Origin: a virus
Direction: 5' to 3' (one strand)
Length of the DNA: 36,211 nt
IMG/VR virus record: IMGVR_UViG_3300009177_000024
Under the pieces are notes generated by a model. It was given only the letters and a program-made list of their open reading frames with translations, did no database searches and had not been told where the DNA came from. A program made the translations under genes and the position numbers. This document shows, piece by piece, positions 25,230 to 33,257 of the stretch (its first letter is position 1; each line of letters begins with the position of its first letter).

Positions 25230-25661
25230 TTACTTCGCCTGACTTGCGATGAAAGTTCGAGTCGCGCAGCCGTCGCTGGAAGGCGTGTTGAAGTTCTCGG
25301 TATTGCCGATCTTCCAGTAAATTGTGGTCCAACCACCGCCGTTGCAGAACACATCGGCCATCTCGCGGGTATTCAGATAGCGATTGCTGGTCGGCAGTTT
25401 GATGTAATTTTGCAGCACAATGCTGTCAGTCGCCATCTTCGTGAACACGCCGCCGGTATCGGTGCAGGTATTGGTGATGAACACGCCGCCCGATTCCGAC
25501 ACCAGCTTTACTTCACCCACGCCCTGCTCAAACGAGCGCATCGCTTCCAGGTTCACCACGTGCCCATTGGAGCACTGGAACGATTCATTCGTCGCCGCGC
25601 TCGCAAAGTTCATGCACAGCGCCATGACCGCGCCGATTACTGCAAAAATTGCTTTCTTCAT
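25230..25661 (-). CDS. secreted/periplasmic protein, 143 aa, 6 Cys (function unknown)
   Basis: AGGAG lies 8 nt upstream of the ATG at 25661. Signal peptide MKKAIFAVIGAVMALCMNFASA. Confidence 0.7.
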   Translation of the reverse strand: MKKAIFAVIGAVMALCMNFASAATNESFQCSNGHVVNLEAMRSFEQGVGEVKLVSESGGVFITNTCTDTGGVFTKMATDSIVLQNYIKLPTSNRYLNTREMADVFCNGGGWTTIYWKIGNTENFNTPSSDGCATRTFIASQAK

Positions 25662-25728
25662 TTGTGACACTCCTAGTTTTTACCCGGTTCCTCCGGGCCG
25701 GTCCTACATGACTTCTACAGCATAGCAG

Positions 25729-26682
25729 TTATTGTTGCTTTTGGAACAGTTCGAGAACTTCTTCCCGCATCAGCATCCAGCCTTCATCCATGATTCCTGG
25801 CGATTCATAGGGCGGATTGCCATATCGATTAAGTGCTTCGACTTCAGCCCGTATGCTGGCCAGCTTCTCTTCAGCGGCGATGGCTTTGGCTTTCCATTCA
25901 TCGCGTTCAGCTACAGGCACCCATCGGCCACCGTTTCTGGTATCGCGTGCTTGGGCCAGCTTGGCGTCGATGTGGGCGATGAGTGCCGAAGTTTCAGAGT
26001 TCAGCGTCAAAAAACTGTAGCTGGTGCGCCCGTAGACCTTTCCAACCAGTTCCCGGAACTCCGGTGTATCGATGCTTAGCTGTACGTGCTCAGGAGTTAA
26101 TTCAGGCGGAAGAGTGCACTCGAATATCGGCCTACATTTCCCATCGTAGTATTGAGCTGGCAGGCACTTGCAATCCGCGTATCCCTTCAACTTCACCCCT
26201 TGCTTTTCATAGCTGCTCCCCTGGGATTTGTTTGCCTTCGCCTTCCATTCGTCTCGCTCGCGCATCAAGGCATGCGTGACTTCACATGCCTGCTTGTGGG
26301 CGTAGCGTTTTCCTCTTTCAAAGCCAGCGCGCCATTTCTCGTCGTTCTCGATGCTTGGTTGTAAGCGTTCAGGGGAAGCATCAGTCACATAGAGTTCATC
26401 TAGGTTGTCGCCGATGATCTTTGCAACGTCAGGGGCGGACAACACTTCCACGCGCTTGTGGTTGCTGCGCCCATTGATGACCATGGATGTGATGAAGTAG
26501 TAGTTGTTGCGCTTGTTATAGATCACCTCTTCGGCGTCGGTACCAGCGTGAAGGATCTGGCGGGCGGTTTCCGCATAGCCAGTGTCACCAATCCAGAAGC
26601 GCAGCTTGTCGCCCACCTTCACCTGGCCGGCGCGGGTGACTGGCTGCCAATCTCCCGCTGGTTTGTCCGTTTCGTTCATCAT
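25729..26682 (-). CDS. hypothetical protein, 317 aa (contains a duplicated ERDEWKAKA motif)
   Basis: Long ORF with GGAGAGAG upstream. Confidence 0.7.
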   Translation of the reverse strand: MMNETDKPAGDWQPVTRAGQVKVGDKLRFWIGDTGYAETARQILHAGTDAEEVIYNKRNNYYFITSMVINGRSNHKRVEVLSAPDVAKIIGDNLDELYVTDASPERLQPSIENDEKWRAGFERGKRYAHKQACEVTHALMRERDEWKAKANKSQGSSYEKQGVKLKGYADCKCLPAQYYDGKCRPIFECTLPPELTPEHVQLSIDTPEFRELVGKVYGRTSYSFLTLNSETSALIAHIDAKLAQARDTRNGGRWVPVAERDEWKAKAIAAEEKLASIRAEVEALNRYGNPPYESPGIMDEGWMLMREEVLELFQKQQ

Positions 26683-26706
26683 CTCTCTCCGAGTGGGGTG
26701 GGGCGG

Positions 26707-26982
26707 CTATCGGCAGGCCATCAAAAAGGCTTTTCCGGCGTCCGTGAGTTCAAAGTACGTCCATGGGTAGCCGCCTTTCTTCGTGTCGCGCAGGTACCCC
26801 TGCTTAAACAGCAGCGTCATGGTACTGGCGATGGCATCGTTCTCGGTCGCCTCAAATACACTGAAGCGCTTCATGGTCGAGAGCTTGCGCAAGACTGCGA
26901 GCGGATCGGCCTGCTGCTTCCGGCTCAAATCGTCCAGACCGGCGCTGAAGCGGTCAAGGATCACTACGCCGCGATTAAGCAT
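26707..26982 (-). CDS. hypothetical protein, 91 aa
   Basis: GGGGGAG lies 6 nt upstream of the ATG at 26982. It overlaps the upstream stop by 8 nt. Confidence 0.6.
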   Translation of the reverse strand: MLNRGVVILDRFSAGLDDLSRKQQADPLAVLRKLSTMKRFSVFEATENDAIASTMTLLFKQGYLRDTKKGGYPWTYFELTDAGKAFLMACR

Positions 26983-28189
26983 TGCTCGCTCCCCCTTCAG
27001 AGGACATGGCATCGGACTCAGCAGCCGAAATATCCACAGCAGCGATAAACTCTTCAGTGGTGCTCTTAAAGCGCCCTTTAGGCCTTGGGAACATGACGCA
27101 AACGACTTCTATGCCTGCACCTGAATCGGTAACCGATGCGAGATCCGCCACTTCTTTGAACCGTGCTGCATCTTTCTCCGCCTGTACGGCTGCTGTCTGT
27201 GCTGGGGCTTGGGCAGCGGCATAGAGGGCAGTTACGTGTTCAAGGCAGTAGCCATCTTTTACGGGGTCATCGCGACGGAAAATGCATGTGCCGGTGCCGG
27301 GCATTTCAATGTCTGCCTTGTCCTGAATCATCCAGCCTATTGGCTTATGCTCATCCAATTTGGACCGGATCATGCCCAGAACCGAAAATGCACATGCCCA
27401 CAGATCGACGTTCTTTTCTGGGATGGCCGTGCCAAGGCCCAGCTTTTCAGCAATCAGGCGCAGACGCCGAGCAGCATAATCGGAAGTAGTTTCGCCATCT
27501 TCACCAACGCCCACTGGCTGCTGCGCAGTGGTAGGTGCTGGCTGTGCTGCGGCAGCGGAAAGGGCGGAGCGTGCTTGATCGAACGTGGGTTTGTTCCACT
27601 CATCCTCGTCCATGCCCATGTGCGTCAGCATGGCATTCAAGGCAGACACAAGCTGCGTATTCACATCGGGCTCGCTTTGCTGGTTGGCGTATGTGAATGC
27701 GAGCATGGCGCGGAACTGCAGCAACATCGCGTTGAGTGCCATCCACGATCCGAAGCACACCTGCTGCTTGTCGTTTTCCCAGCCGCCAACGTGCTCAACC
27801 CACTGCTGCAATGTCCAGCCTTGGCGCTCTTTCAGTTTCTCTTGCTGCTTATCCATCACCACAGCAGAGCCTGCGGAAGAGGTGCGCTCGGTGGCGTCTT
27901 TGAAAGCATCGTGGATCGCGTTCTTCAGCTTCTTCTGATCGTATTCGTCAGCGAAATATGAGCGAGCGATTTGGTTCAATTGCTCATCGCTCGACTGCGC
28001 TGAAGATGTGCTCTCGGCGATGATGGCGCGTGCATCTTTAATCAGGCCGCGCATGTCGCATTCAAGTCCTCCGTGCGGGCAGGTGCCGTCCTCGTCCGCG
28101 CAATCTCTGCACATCGGGCGCGGACGCTTATCGAGAATTTCGAGGCAGTCGATTGCCCGCGTCAGTTTCTGCAAGTCTTGAGTGTTCAT
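26975..28189 (-). CDS. hypothetical multidomain protein, 404 aa, with an N-terminal CxxC-x6-C-x6-C cluster
   Basis: Long ORF. CRDCADEDGTCPHGGLEC near the N-terminus. Q/A/P-rich linkers. Confidence 0.7.
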   Translation of the reverse strand: MNTQDLQKLTRAIDCLEILDKRPRPMCRDCADEDGTCPHGGLECDMRGLIKDARAIIAESTSSAQSSDEQLNQIARSYFADEYDQKKLKNAIHDAFKDATERTSSAGSAVVMDKQQEKLKERQGWTLQQWVEHVGGWENDKQQVCFGSWMALNAMLLQFRAMLAFTYANQQSEPDVNTQLVSALNAMLTHMGMDEDEWNKPTFDQARSALSAAAAQPAPTTAQQPVGVGEDGETTSDYAARRLRLIAEKLGLGTAIPEKNVDLWACAFSVLGMIRSKLDEHKPIGWMIQDKADIEMPGTGTCIFRRDDPVKDGYCLEHVTALYAAAQAPAQTAAVQAEKDAARFKEVADLASVTDSGAGIEVVCVMFPRPKGRFKSTTEEFIAAVDISAAESDAMSSEGGASNA

Positions 28190-28213
28190 ATTATTCCTGG
28201 TGGGTGTGGGCGG

Positions 28214-28471
28214 TTAGATTTGAACAGCATCGGGCGCGCAAAAGTCTTGTATTTCCACTTGTATTTCCAATGCCGCTTTCTGAAACTTCATCTTCATCGC
28301 CGTCTCGTATTGAATGCGACGTTTGAACTGCTCGAATCCTGCCAGCCGCGCACTGATTTCGTCACCAGCCGCCACCTCTTCATAGTCAAATACCCGCGGC
28401 TTGTGCTTAGGGATGAAGACCCAATCTTTCACTCTTATTTCTACGAGCCAAATAGTTTCATCGTTGCTCAT
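28214..28471 (-). CDS. hypothetical protein, 85 aa
   Basis: ORF in the operon, with AAAGGAAAG upstream. Confidence 0.6.
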   Translation of the reverse strand: MSNDETIWLVEIRVKDWVFIPKHKPRVFDYEEVAAGDEISARLAGFEQFKRRIQYETAMKMKFQKAALEIQVEIQDFCAPDAVQI

Positions 28472-28513
28472 GTGTCTTTCCTTTATCCGCCTCTGTGTGG
28501 GAGGCGGGAGTGA

Positions 28514-29347
28514 TTATAGTTCTTGCAGCTCGCGTTGCACGATGGCTGACTTCTCGCAGCCAACGCACATCGGCATCTGAAATAGTTGATGCTGTTTTGG
28601 GTTATAGCCGCCTTTCGGTGGGCGACCCTCCCATTGCCACGTAAAGCCACGCTCAAGGCATTGCTGTTGTAGGCTATCGATGCGCTCGCCGAAACTCGGA
28701 TCACACTTGCGCCAGCGCTCCAGTTCCCCAGGCTGTGCATATGCGCCACAGCCAGATTCGCCGCTCATGCCGAGTTCTTTGGTTACCGGGTTTTCGGGCA
28801 TGCCGCTGGCCGCGTTATATGAATCGCGTTCATCCTTCGAAAACCAGTACATCGGATTGATCCAGATTTGGGCACCGACCTTGTTGATTTCACGGCCCGC
28901 ATAACCCACGCGGATGATGCTTTCATCGTGGCGGATGCCGGACGCAATCAGAACTTTCGATCGTTTGTGGTGACCTTTCTTCGTGTCACGAACCAACTTG
29001 CGCACACCGCGTTCTTTCAAGCGGGCATACATCATCTGATGCCCATCCGGACCAGGAAAACCGTACAGACGGCAAAGCTCGTCGTAATCTTGGCCGCAGT
29101 CCTCTAGCGCGCGGATTTCAGTTAAGTCCCAGCCGAGAGATTTGCAGGTTTCCCGCACGTAGATGCGCGTCCGCTCGATGCCAATCCCAGTATTGATGTG
29201 AAACGGCTTGCAGCCGGGGACGTTGTTCATCATCCAATGCGCAACCAGACGGCTATCATTACCACCACTGAAGCCAACATAGATAGCTATTGGGTCGTAT
29301 TGCTCGATGGCTCGCTGCACAATTTCCTGAGGCGTGAGCTTATTCAT
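28514..29347 (-). CDS. PAPS-reductase/DndC-like PP-loop ATP pyrophosphatase family protein
   Basis: PP-loop SGGNDS near the N-terminus. Conserved middle region and C-terminal cysteines (SGCG, CVGC). Confidence 0.85.
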   Translation of the reverse strand: MNKLTPQEIVQRAIEQYDPIAIYVGFSGGNDSRLVAHWMMNNVPGCKPFHINTGIGIERTRIYVRETCKSLGWDLTEIRALEDCGQDYDELCRLYGFPGPDGHQMMYARLKERGVRKLVRDTKKGHHKRSKVLIASGIRHDESIIRVGYAGREINKVGAQIWINPMYWFSKDERDSYNAASGMPENPVTKELGMSGESGCGAYAQPGELERWRKCDPSFGERIDSLQQQCLERGFTWQWEGRPPKGGYNPKQHQLFQMPMCVGCEKSAIVQRELQEL

Positions 29348-29894
29348 GGCCCGGCTCCTTCGCTGCACTCATGGCGATAGCGGCGCAATTGTCGTTGTCG
29401 GCTTCTTCTTTGATCGCCAACACGACGCCAAGATTGCTGCGCCTCAGCGCGTAGACGTTCTCTTGCCCATAGGCCACCAAACAAATCGGGGCACCGCTGT
29501 TGAACGATGCACGCTCGCCTGAAACGTGGTGGAAGTGCGGTCGGCCTTTGATGAACAGGACGGCATGCGCCGCGCCCCAAACACACTCGTAGAACATCGC
29601 GGTCTCAGTACGCGCCGGGATCAATGCGATGCCGTTTCCATGCTTTGCCATTCTGCGAAGCCAATTTACGGCTACTTTCCCGAATGGTGGGTTAAGCCAT
29701 ACCCTGCCGCTCCACTGCTGCTGCAGACCGTTCTCTTCTTTGCAGTAGTGTTTCTTCGCGGTTTCCCATGGCCTGATGTTGTGCATAGGCGCGCAAGGGT
29801 CCAGATCGAACTCGCCCAAGTGGGCAAGAATTTCAGGCGGTGTAAGCCATTCGTCTTTGCCCATTACTGGTGATTGGTGTCCCGATAAACTCAC
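29340..29894 (-). CDS. phage Dam-type DNA N6-adenine methyltransferase
   Basis: Motifs EWLTPPEI....G.FDLDPCA and WLNPPFG. Confidence 0.85.
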   Translation of the reverse strand: MSLSGHQSPVMGKDEWLTPPEILAHLGEFDLDPCAPMHNIRPWETAKKHYCKEENGLQQQWSGRVWLNPPFGKVAVNWLRRMAKHGNGIALIPARTETAMFYECVWGAAHAVLFIKGRPHFHHVSGERASFNSGAPICLVAYGQENVYALRRSNLGVVLAIKEEADNDNCAAIAMSAAKEPGHE

Positions 29895-30475
29895 GATATC
29901 TTCCCCTGTTCAATCAGAGAGGTGATAGCAGCGTCGATAGCTTCAATGGTGTCCTCGGCGGCTTTCGTCACGCCGCAGTCGCCGTCCCAGCCGAAGCGCC
30001 ACTGGCTGATCTTTTCCAATCCAGCGCGAGCAATCTTCAGCGCAGCATCCAGCTTGTCCTGCTCGCTCGGCTCTGCCGGTACTGCTTCTTGCTGGGGCTG
30101 GGATGGAGCGGCACCTGGAACTTTTGGCAATGGCATCCAATGCGTCACGTTACAGCCGCGCCAGACATTTTCATTTTCAAAATAGTTCAGTTCGCTAATC
30201 TGAACATTGGGATAGTTGGATTTCATATTGATAACGAGGACGTTTTCACTGAACATCCTTTCCCTCATTGCTGGAGGAAGACGTTCATCAACACTGATCC
30301 ATGCCCGATGATTATTCATCCGGCCCATTTCTTCCGCTGCATCCTGCATTGCGCAGAAAGCTTCCAAAGCTTGTTCAGGATCGCCTTTGAAGAAATCCCA
30401 ATATTCGACTTTCGCAAACTCACGGATCAGTGCGATCGCTTCGGCTGCTTTATCGCTGTATTTGTCGAAGCTCAT
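29891..30475 (-). CDS. DUF551 domain protein
   Basis: WISVDERLP...VLV...W....VTHWMPLPKVP is the DUF551 signature. Confidence 0.75.
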   Translation of the reverse strand: MSFDKYSDKAAEAIALIREFAKVEYWDFFKGDPEQALEAFCAMQDAAEEMGRMNNHRAWISVDERLPPAMRERMFSENVLVINMKSNYPNVQISELNYFENENVWRGCNVTHWMPLPKVPGAAPSQPQQEAVPAEPSEQDKLDAALKIARAGLEKISQWRFGWDGDCGVTKAAEDTIEAIDAAITSLIEQGKIS

Positions 30476-30633
30476 TTCGCCTCCTGAGCCAGACGCTTAC
30501 GAGCTCGGTAAATGGTCGATGGGCTTACTTTGTGCTTCTTTGCGAGTTCAGCATCGCTAGGCTTAGCATCAGCTGGAGCCTTGCTGTATTCGCGCATTGC
30601 CGCCTGAACTGCTGCGGTCGGATTGGATGGCAT
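30472..30633 (-). CDS. small HTH DNA-binding protein, 53 aa (not in the ORF track)
   Basis: Translation MPSNPTAAVQAAMREYSKAPADAKPSDAELAKKHKVSPSTIYRARKRLAQEAK. AAGGA lies upstream and there is ATGA coupling to the next gene. Confidence 0.6.
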   Translation of the reverse strand: MPSNPTAAVQAAMREYSKAPADAKPSDAELAKKHKVSPSTIYRARKRLAQEAK

Positions 30634-30665
30634 ATTTTTCCTTTAAGGGGCCGAAGCCCCATGTG

Positions 30666-30902
30666 TTAATCAGAGCCGTAGCCGTCGCCGGAGCCGTAGC
30701 CGTAGCCGGAGCCGGAGCCGGAGCCGTAGCCGGAGCCGTCGCCGGAGCCGTCGCCGTCGCCGTCGCCGTAGCCGTAGCCGGAGCCGGAGCCGGAGCCGTA
30801 GCCGTAGCCGTAGCCGGAGCCGTAGCCGTAGCCGTAGCCGTAGCCGGAGCCGGAGCCGTCGCCGGAGCCGGAGCCGGAGCGCCAGGTCTTATTGGTAGCC
30901 AT
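30666..30902 (-). CDS. (Gly-X)35 low-complexity protein, 78 aa, X = Ser/Tyr/Asp only
   Basis: The ORF has AAGGA upstream. Its 8-aa N-terminus MATNKTWR is followed by 35 Gly-X dipeptide units. Confidence 0.6.
   Translation of the reverse strand: MATNKTWRSGSGSGDGSGSGYGYGYGYGSGYGYGYGSGSGSGYGYGDGDGDGSGDGSGYGSGSGSGYGYGSGDGYGSD
30669..30878 (-). repeat. 35 tandem hexanucleotides; 34 have the form GGC-KMC on the coding strand (GCC-GKM on the plus strand)
   Basis: Direct reading: only GCCGTA, GCCGTC and GCCGGA units occur, plus one terminal ATCAGA. Confidence 0.95.
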
Positions 30903-31308
30903 GAATGCTGTCCTTTGCAGCGTCAGTAGTCGGGATCAACTCGCAAACGCCAGTCAGGTAAATTTCAGGATTTACCACATCTACCTTTCCGCCATCTTTT
31001 TTCAGGCCATGTTGGGCAACGCCGGAAAGTGCAATTCCTTCCTTAGCTTTCCAACTCCACAGGCGACGCGAATTTTTCAGCGTCACATTTTCACCATCCA
31101 CACTTACAACCTCACCTGCGTGAACGCCTGCCGAGTAACAGCGCGCAATAACGTACTTCCCGATGAAAGGATGTTGTTTCGGTTGAGCTTGAGTACCACC
31201 AATGAATGCTGTGATTTCACGGATTTGGCCGATGGTCAGATCGTTGATGTCCAATTTCTTCTCCTTGGGATATGGCTTAGCGAAGTGCTTTGCCTTGATG
31301 AGAATCAT
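30889..31308 (-). CDS. conserved phage protein, 139 aa (start uncertain)
   Basis: The upstream part of the 155-aa ORF overlaps a terminator hairpin, so the ATG at 31308 is preferred. Motif GKYVIARCYSAGVHAGEVVSVDGENVTLKNSRRLWSW recurs in phage genomes (memory only). Confidence 0.55.
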   Translation of the reverse strand: MILIKAKHFAKPYPKEKKLDINDLTIGQIREITAFIGGTQAQPKQHPFIGKYVIARCYSAGVHAGEVVSVDGENVTLKNSRRLWSWKAKEGIALSGVAQHGLKKDGGKVDVVNPEIYLTGVCELIPTTDAAKDSIHGYQ

Positions 31309-31342
31309 ATCATATGCAATTGCGTTTGCAAGAACTATTTGC

Positions 31343-31369
31343 AATAAAAAAGCCATCCGAAGATGGCTC
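31343..31369 (-). terminator. Intrinsic terminator inside the leftward operon
   Basis: The minus strand reads AGCCATC-TTCG-GATGGCT followed by TTTTTTATT, directly after the Gp157-like stop. Confidence 0.65.
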
Positions 31370-31374
31370 TGTTG

Positions 31375-31878
31375 CTATTTGATTTCTAGTCGCGTTCCTG
31401 TTGAAAGCAATGCGCCAGGTACCTCCTCTCCAGCCTTGATCGCTTCCGCAATCGCCTTTTTGTCTGGAGCTGGTGGAGGTGGTTCTGGCTGACGCATGAA
31501 TGAAGTAGGAATCAATGCTTGTTCGAAGATTTCTACGCTGGCCGGATTATTCTTGATAGTCAGCGCGAAATGTGGACATTCGATTTTCTGTACTTTGGCA
31601 ATCTCCATGCATGTCTTCGTGTATTCGCGCAGATTCGCAGCCCGCTTCTCTATCGCCTTGCGGCGATCTGCCATTTCCTTCTCAGCAGCTTTGATTGCTT
31701 CGGCGGTCGCTTCCAGATTCTTGATGGCATAGGCGACATTCTGTGCCTTCAATTCAAGAGGATAGCTTTCAGCTTCCAAAGTGTCTGCGATTGCTTGTTC
31801 ATCAGTCTGCGTGTCCATCAGATGATCAACCAGCACTCGATGTTCGTGCGCAATAGCGTAAAGGCTCATAGCAGTCAT
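31375..31878 (-). CDS. Siphovirus Gp157-family protein
   Basis: MSLYAI...DTLEA......KA.NVAY.IKNLEA.AEAIKAAEKEMADRRKA.E.RA..L.....P.F.L.I..NP.SV......IP...DKKAI..A.KAGEEVPGA matches the family pattern. Confidence 0.8.
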   Translation of the reverse strand: MTAMSLYAIAHEHRVLVDHLMDTQTDEQAIADTLEAESYPLELKAQNVAYAIKNLEATAEAIKAAEKEMADRRKAIEKRAANLREYTKTCMEIAKVQKIECPHFALTIKNNPASVEIFEQALIPTSFMRQPEPPPPAPDKKAIAEAIKAGEEVPGALLSTGTRLEIK

Positions 31879-31886
31879 GTTGGCTC

Positions 31887-32537
31887 CTAGAAAGGAAGAT
31901 CGGCTAGATCATCATCAGCAAAGCCAGTAGGCGGCATTCCAGTGGATTGACTGCGGCCAGTTGTACCAGATTTCTTCTTCAATGGCTTGTCTGCCAGTAA
32001 AGCAATCACTTTCGACAACTGCTCAGGCTTGGTCTTGCGCGCCATGATTTCAGACGCCATTAGTTCAGTCCCGAACTGGAATACAGCAAAGAAGCCAATT
32101 CGCCAGCCATGTTCACCGGTTGGATAGCCATCTTTCATCTTCTCGTATTCTTCGGAGCGAAGCAGAAGACCGATAGGCTTGTTCATTAATTCAACGAAGC
32201 ATTCAGCAGATTGGATGGTTTCGGCCCCTGCATCATTGTCCCACTTCTTCACCTGGGCCAGCTTAGGCTCCATATTGCGAACTTGAAGACAAGCCATGAT
32301 GGCATTGACTTGATTCATGCCTGGAAGCGGTTCGTTATTGGACTTCATTGTCCAAATATCGAAGCGCGTTTCACGGCCATCTTGGTCGCGGAACGAAAAA
32401 CCAATTCCATGAGTGCCTTTGTTCGTGCTTACCAACTTTTCAGCACGAATGAACGTGCCCTGATATTTGCCGGTGTCGTTAATATAAGCGCCGATATTAT
32501 CCGCTTTAGATGCTGCTGTAGGATCGAGAGAGTACAT
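31887..32537 (-). CDS. phage single-strand DNA-binding-type protein with an SSB-like acidic C-terminal tip
   Basis: Lies between the Sak4-like and Gp157-like genes, the usual position. The C-terminus ...FADDDLADLPF mimics the bacterial SSB DDDIPF tip. Confidence 0.6.
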   Translation of the reverse strand: MYSLDPTAASKADNIGAYINDTGKYQGTFIRAEKLVSTNKGTHGIGFSFRDQDGRETRFDIWTMKSNNEPLPGMNQVNAIMACLQVRNMEPKLAQVKKWDNDAGAETIQSAECFVELMNKPIGLLLRSEEYEKMKDGYPTGEHGWRIGFFAVFQFGTELMASEIMARKTKPEQLSKVIALLADKPLKKKSGTTGRSQSTGMPPTGFADDDLADLPF

Positions 32538-32549
32538 GGTTTTCCTTGG

Positions 32550-33209
32550 TTAAGTTGAGAGTCCGTAGTATTCGACGATCAGTCGATCGACTTCGGCGAG
32601 ATCGTTCTCGACATGCTCAGATTCGAATAAGCCAAGAGGCGATTTGGTTGTGTCGCTACCACTGTTCTGTGTAGCGAAAATGTAGTTGTCATTGATGCGC
32701 TGAGTGCGCAGAACGATAGTGACAAGACCTTCCAAGACGATCTTCTCGTCCAATAGCTTGCCAATGGTCTTGATCTTGGTTTTGCCAAGTTCATCCGTCG
32801 CCGTGTGGCTTAGGATATAGACGCGCTTGTTATCGGGAAGGGCTGATGCTTGAGTGAATATATCCCAGGCATGGCGCGCAATCTCGTTGTACTTTGCGAA
32901 CGCCTGATTGCCTACTTCTTGGTCTGTGACACGGCGCATGAATTCATTAGCCATCACATACTGGAAATCATCAATGATGATGATCGGCTTACTGGTACGG
33001 CGCATTGCTTCAACGATCTTAGCGCTGTTGTCCGTCACAAAGACTGAGCCGGCAGGCTGATCCTTACTGATCGTTTTCCAGTCTTTAGATTTGAATGGAA
33101 GAGGCTTTTTGACTGCCTGCAGAAGCAATACGTCTTCAGGATTGAAGTTGCGCAGGCTAGTGGACTTTCCGGTGCCGGATTCGCCCATGATGAGGGTCGT
33201 TATTGACAT
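32550..33209 (-). CDS. Sak4-like RecA-fold ATPase (AAA_24 type)
   Basis: Walker A GESGTGKS at residues 9-16 and Walker B IIIIDD. The 219-aa size is typical. Confidence 0.85.
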   Translation of the reverse strand: MSITTLIMGESGTGKSTSLRNFNPEDVLLLQAVKKPLPFKSKDWKTISKDQPAGSVFVTDNSAKIVEAMRRTSKPIIIIDDFQYVMANEFMRRVTDQEVGNQAFAKYNEIARHAWDIFTQASALPDNKRVYILSHTATDELGKTKIKTIGKLLDEKIVLEGLVTIVLRTQRINDNYIFATQNSGSDTTKSPLGLFESEHVENDLAEVDRLIVEYYGLST

Positions 33210-33257
33210 GGTTTCCCTTGGTTGTTGATACTGGTTTACTTGGTTTGAACTGCGATA

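Noticed and set aside
25671-25728. CCCGG-AGGAA-CCGGG hairpin between the 317-aa gene and the secreted-protein gene as a terminator or as an independent moron promoter
   Set aside because: No U-tract follows the stem on either strand, and no -35/-10 pair is evident. The secreted-protein gene is most simply co-transcribed with the leftward operon.
30669-30878. Could the hexamer arrays (here and at 34241-34395) be CRISPR arrays or a DGR variable region?
   Set aside because: The units are 6 nt with no spacers, so this is not a CRISPR array. No reverse transcriptase ORF and no template/variable repeat pair exist in the genome. The variation is T/G and A/C at fixed codon positions rather than adenine-specific.
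30597-30929. Plus-strand 110-aa ORF reading (Ala-Val/Ala-Gly)n antisense to the Gly-X gene, and the 34225..34491 minus-strand (Pro-Leu/Pro-Met)n frame
   Set aside because: These alternative frames stay open only because of the repeat composition. They have no Shine-Dalgarno sequence, sit on the wrong strand or in the wrong frame for the operon, and overlap better-supported genes.
31309-31356. The upstream 16 codons (MAFLLQIVLANAIAYD) of the 155-aa ORF as the true N-terminus
   Set aside because: These codons are the terminator stem-loop and its U-tract read as protein. No Shine-Dalgarno sequence precedes the ATG at 31356, so the downstream ATG at 31308 is preferred.
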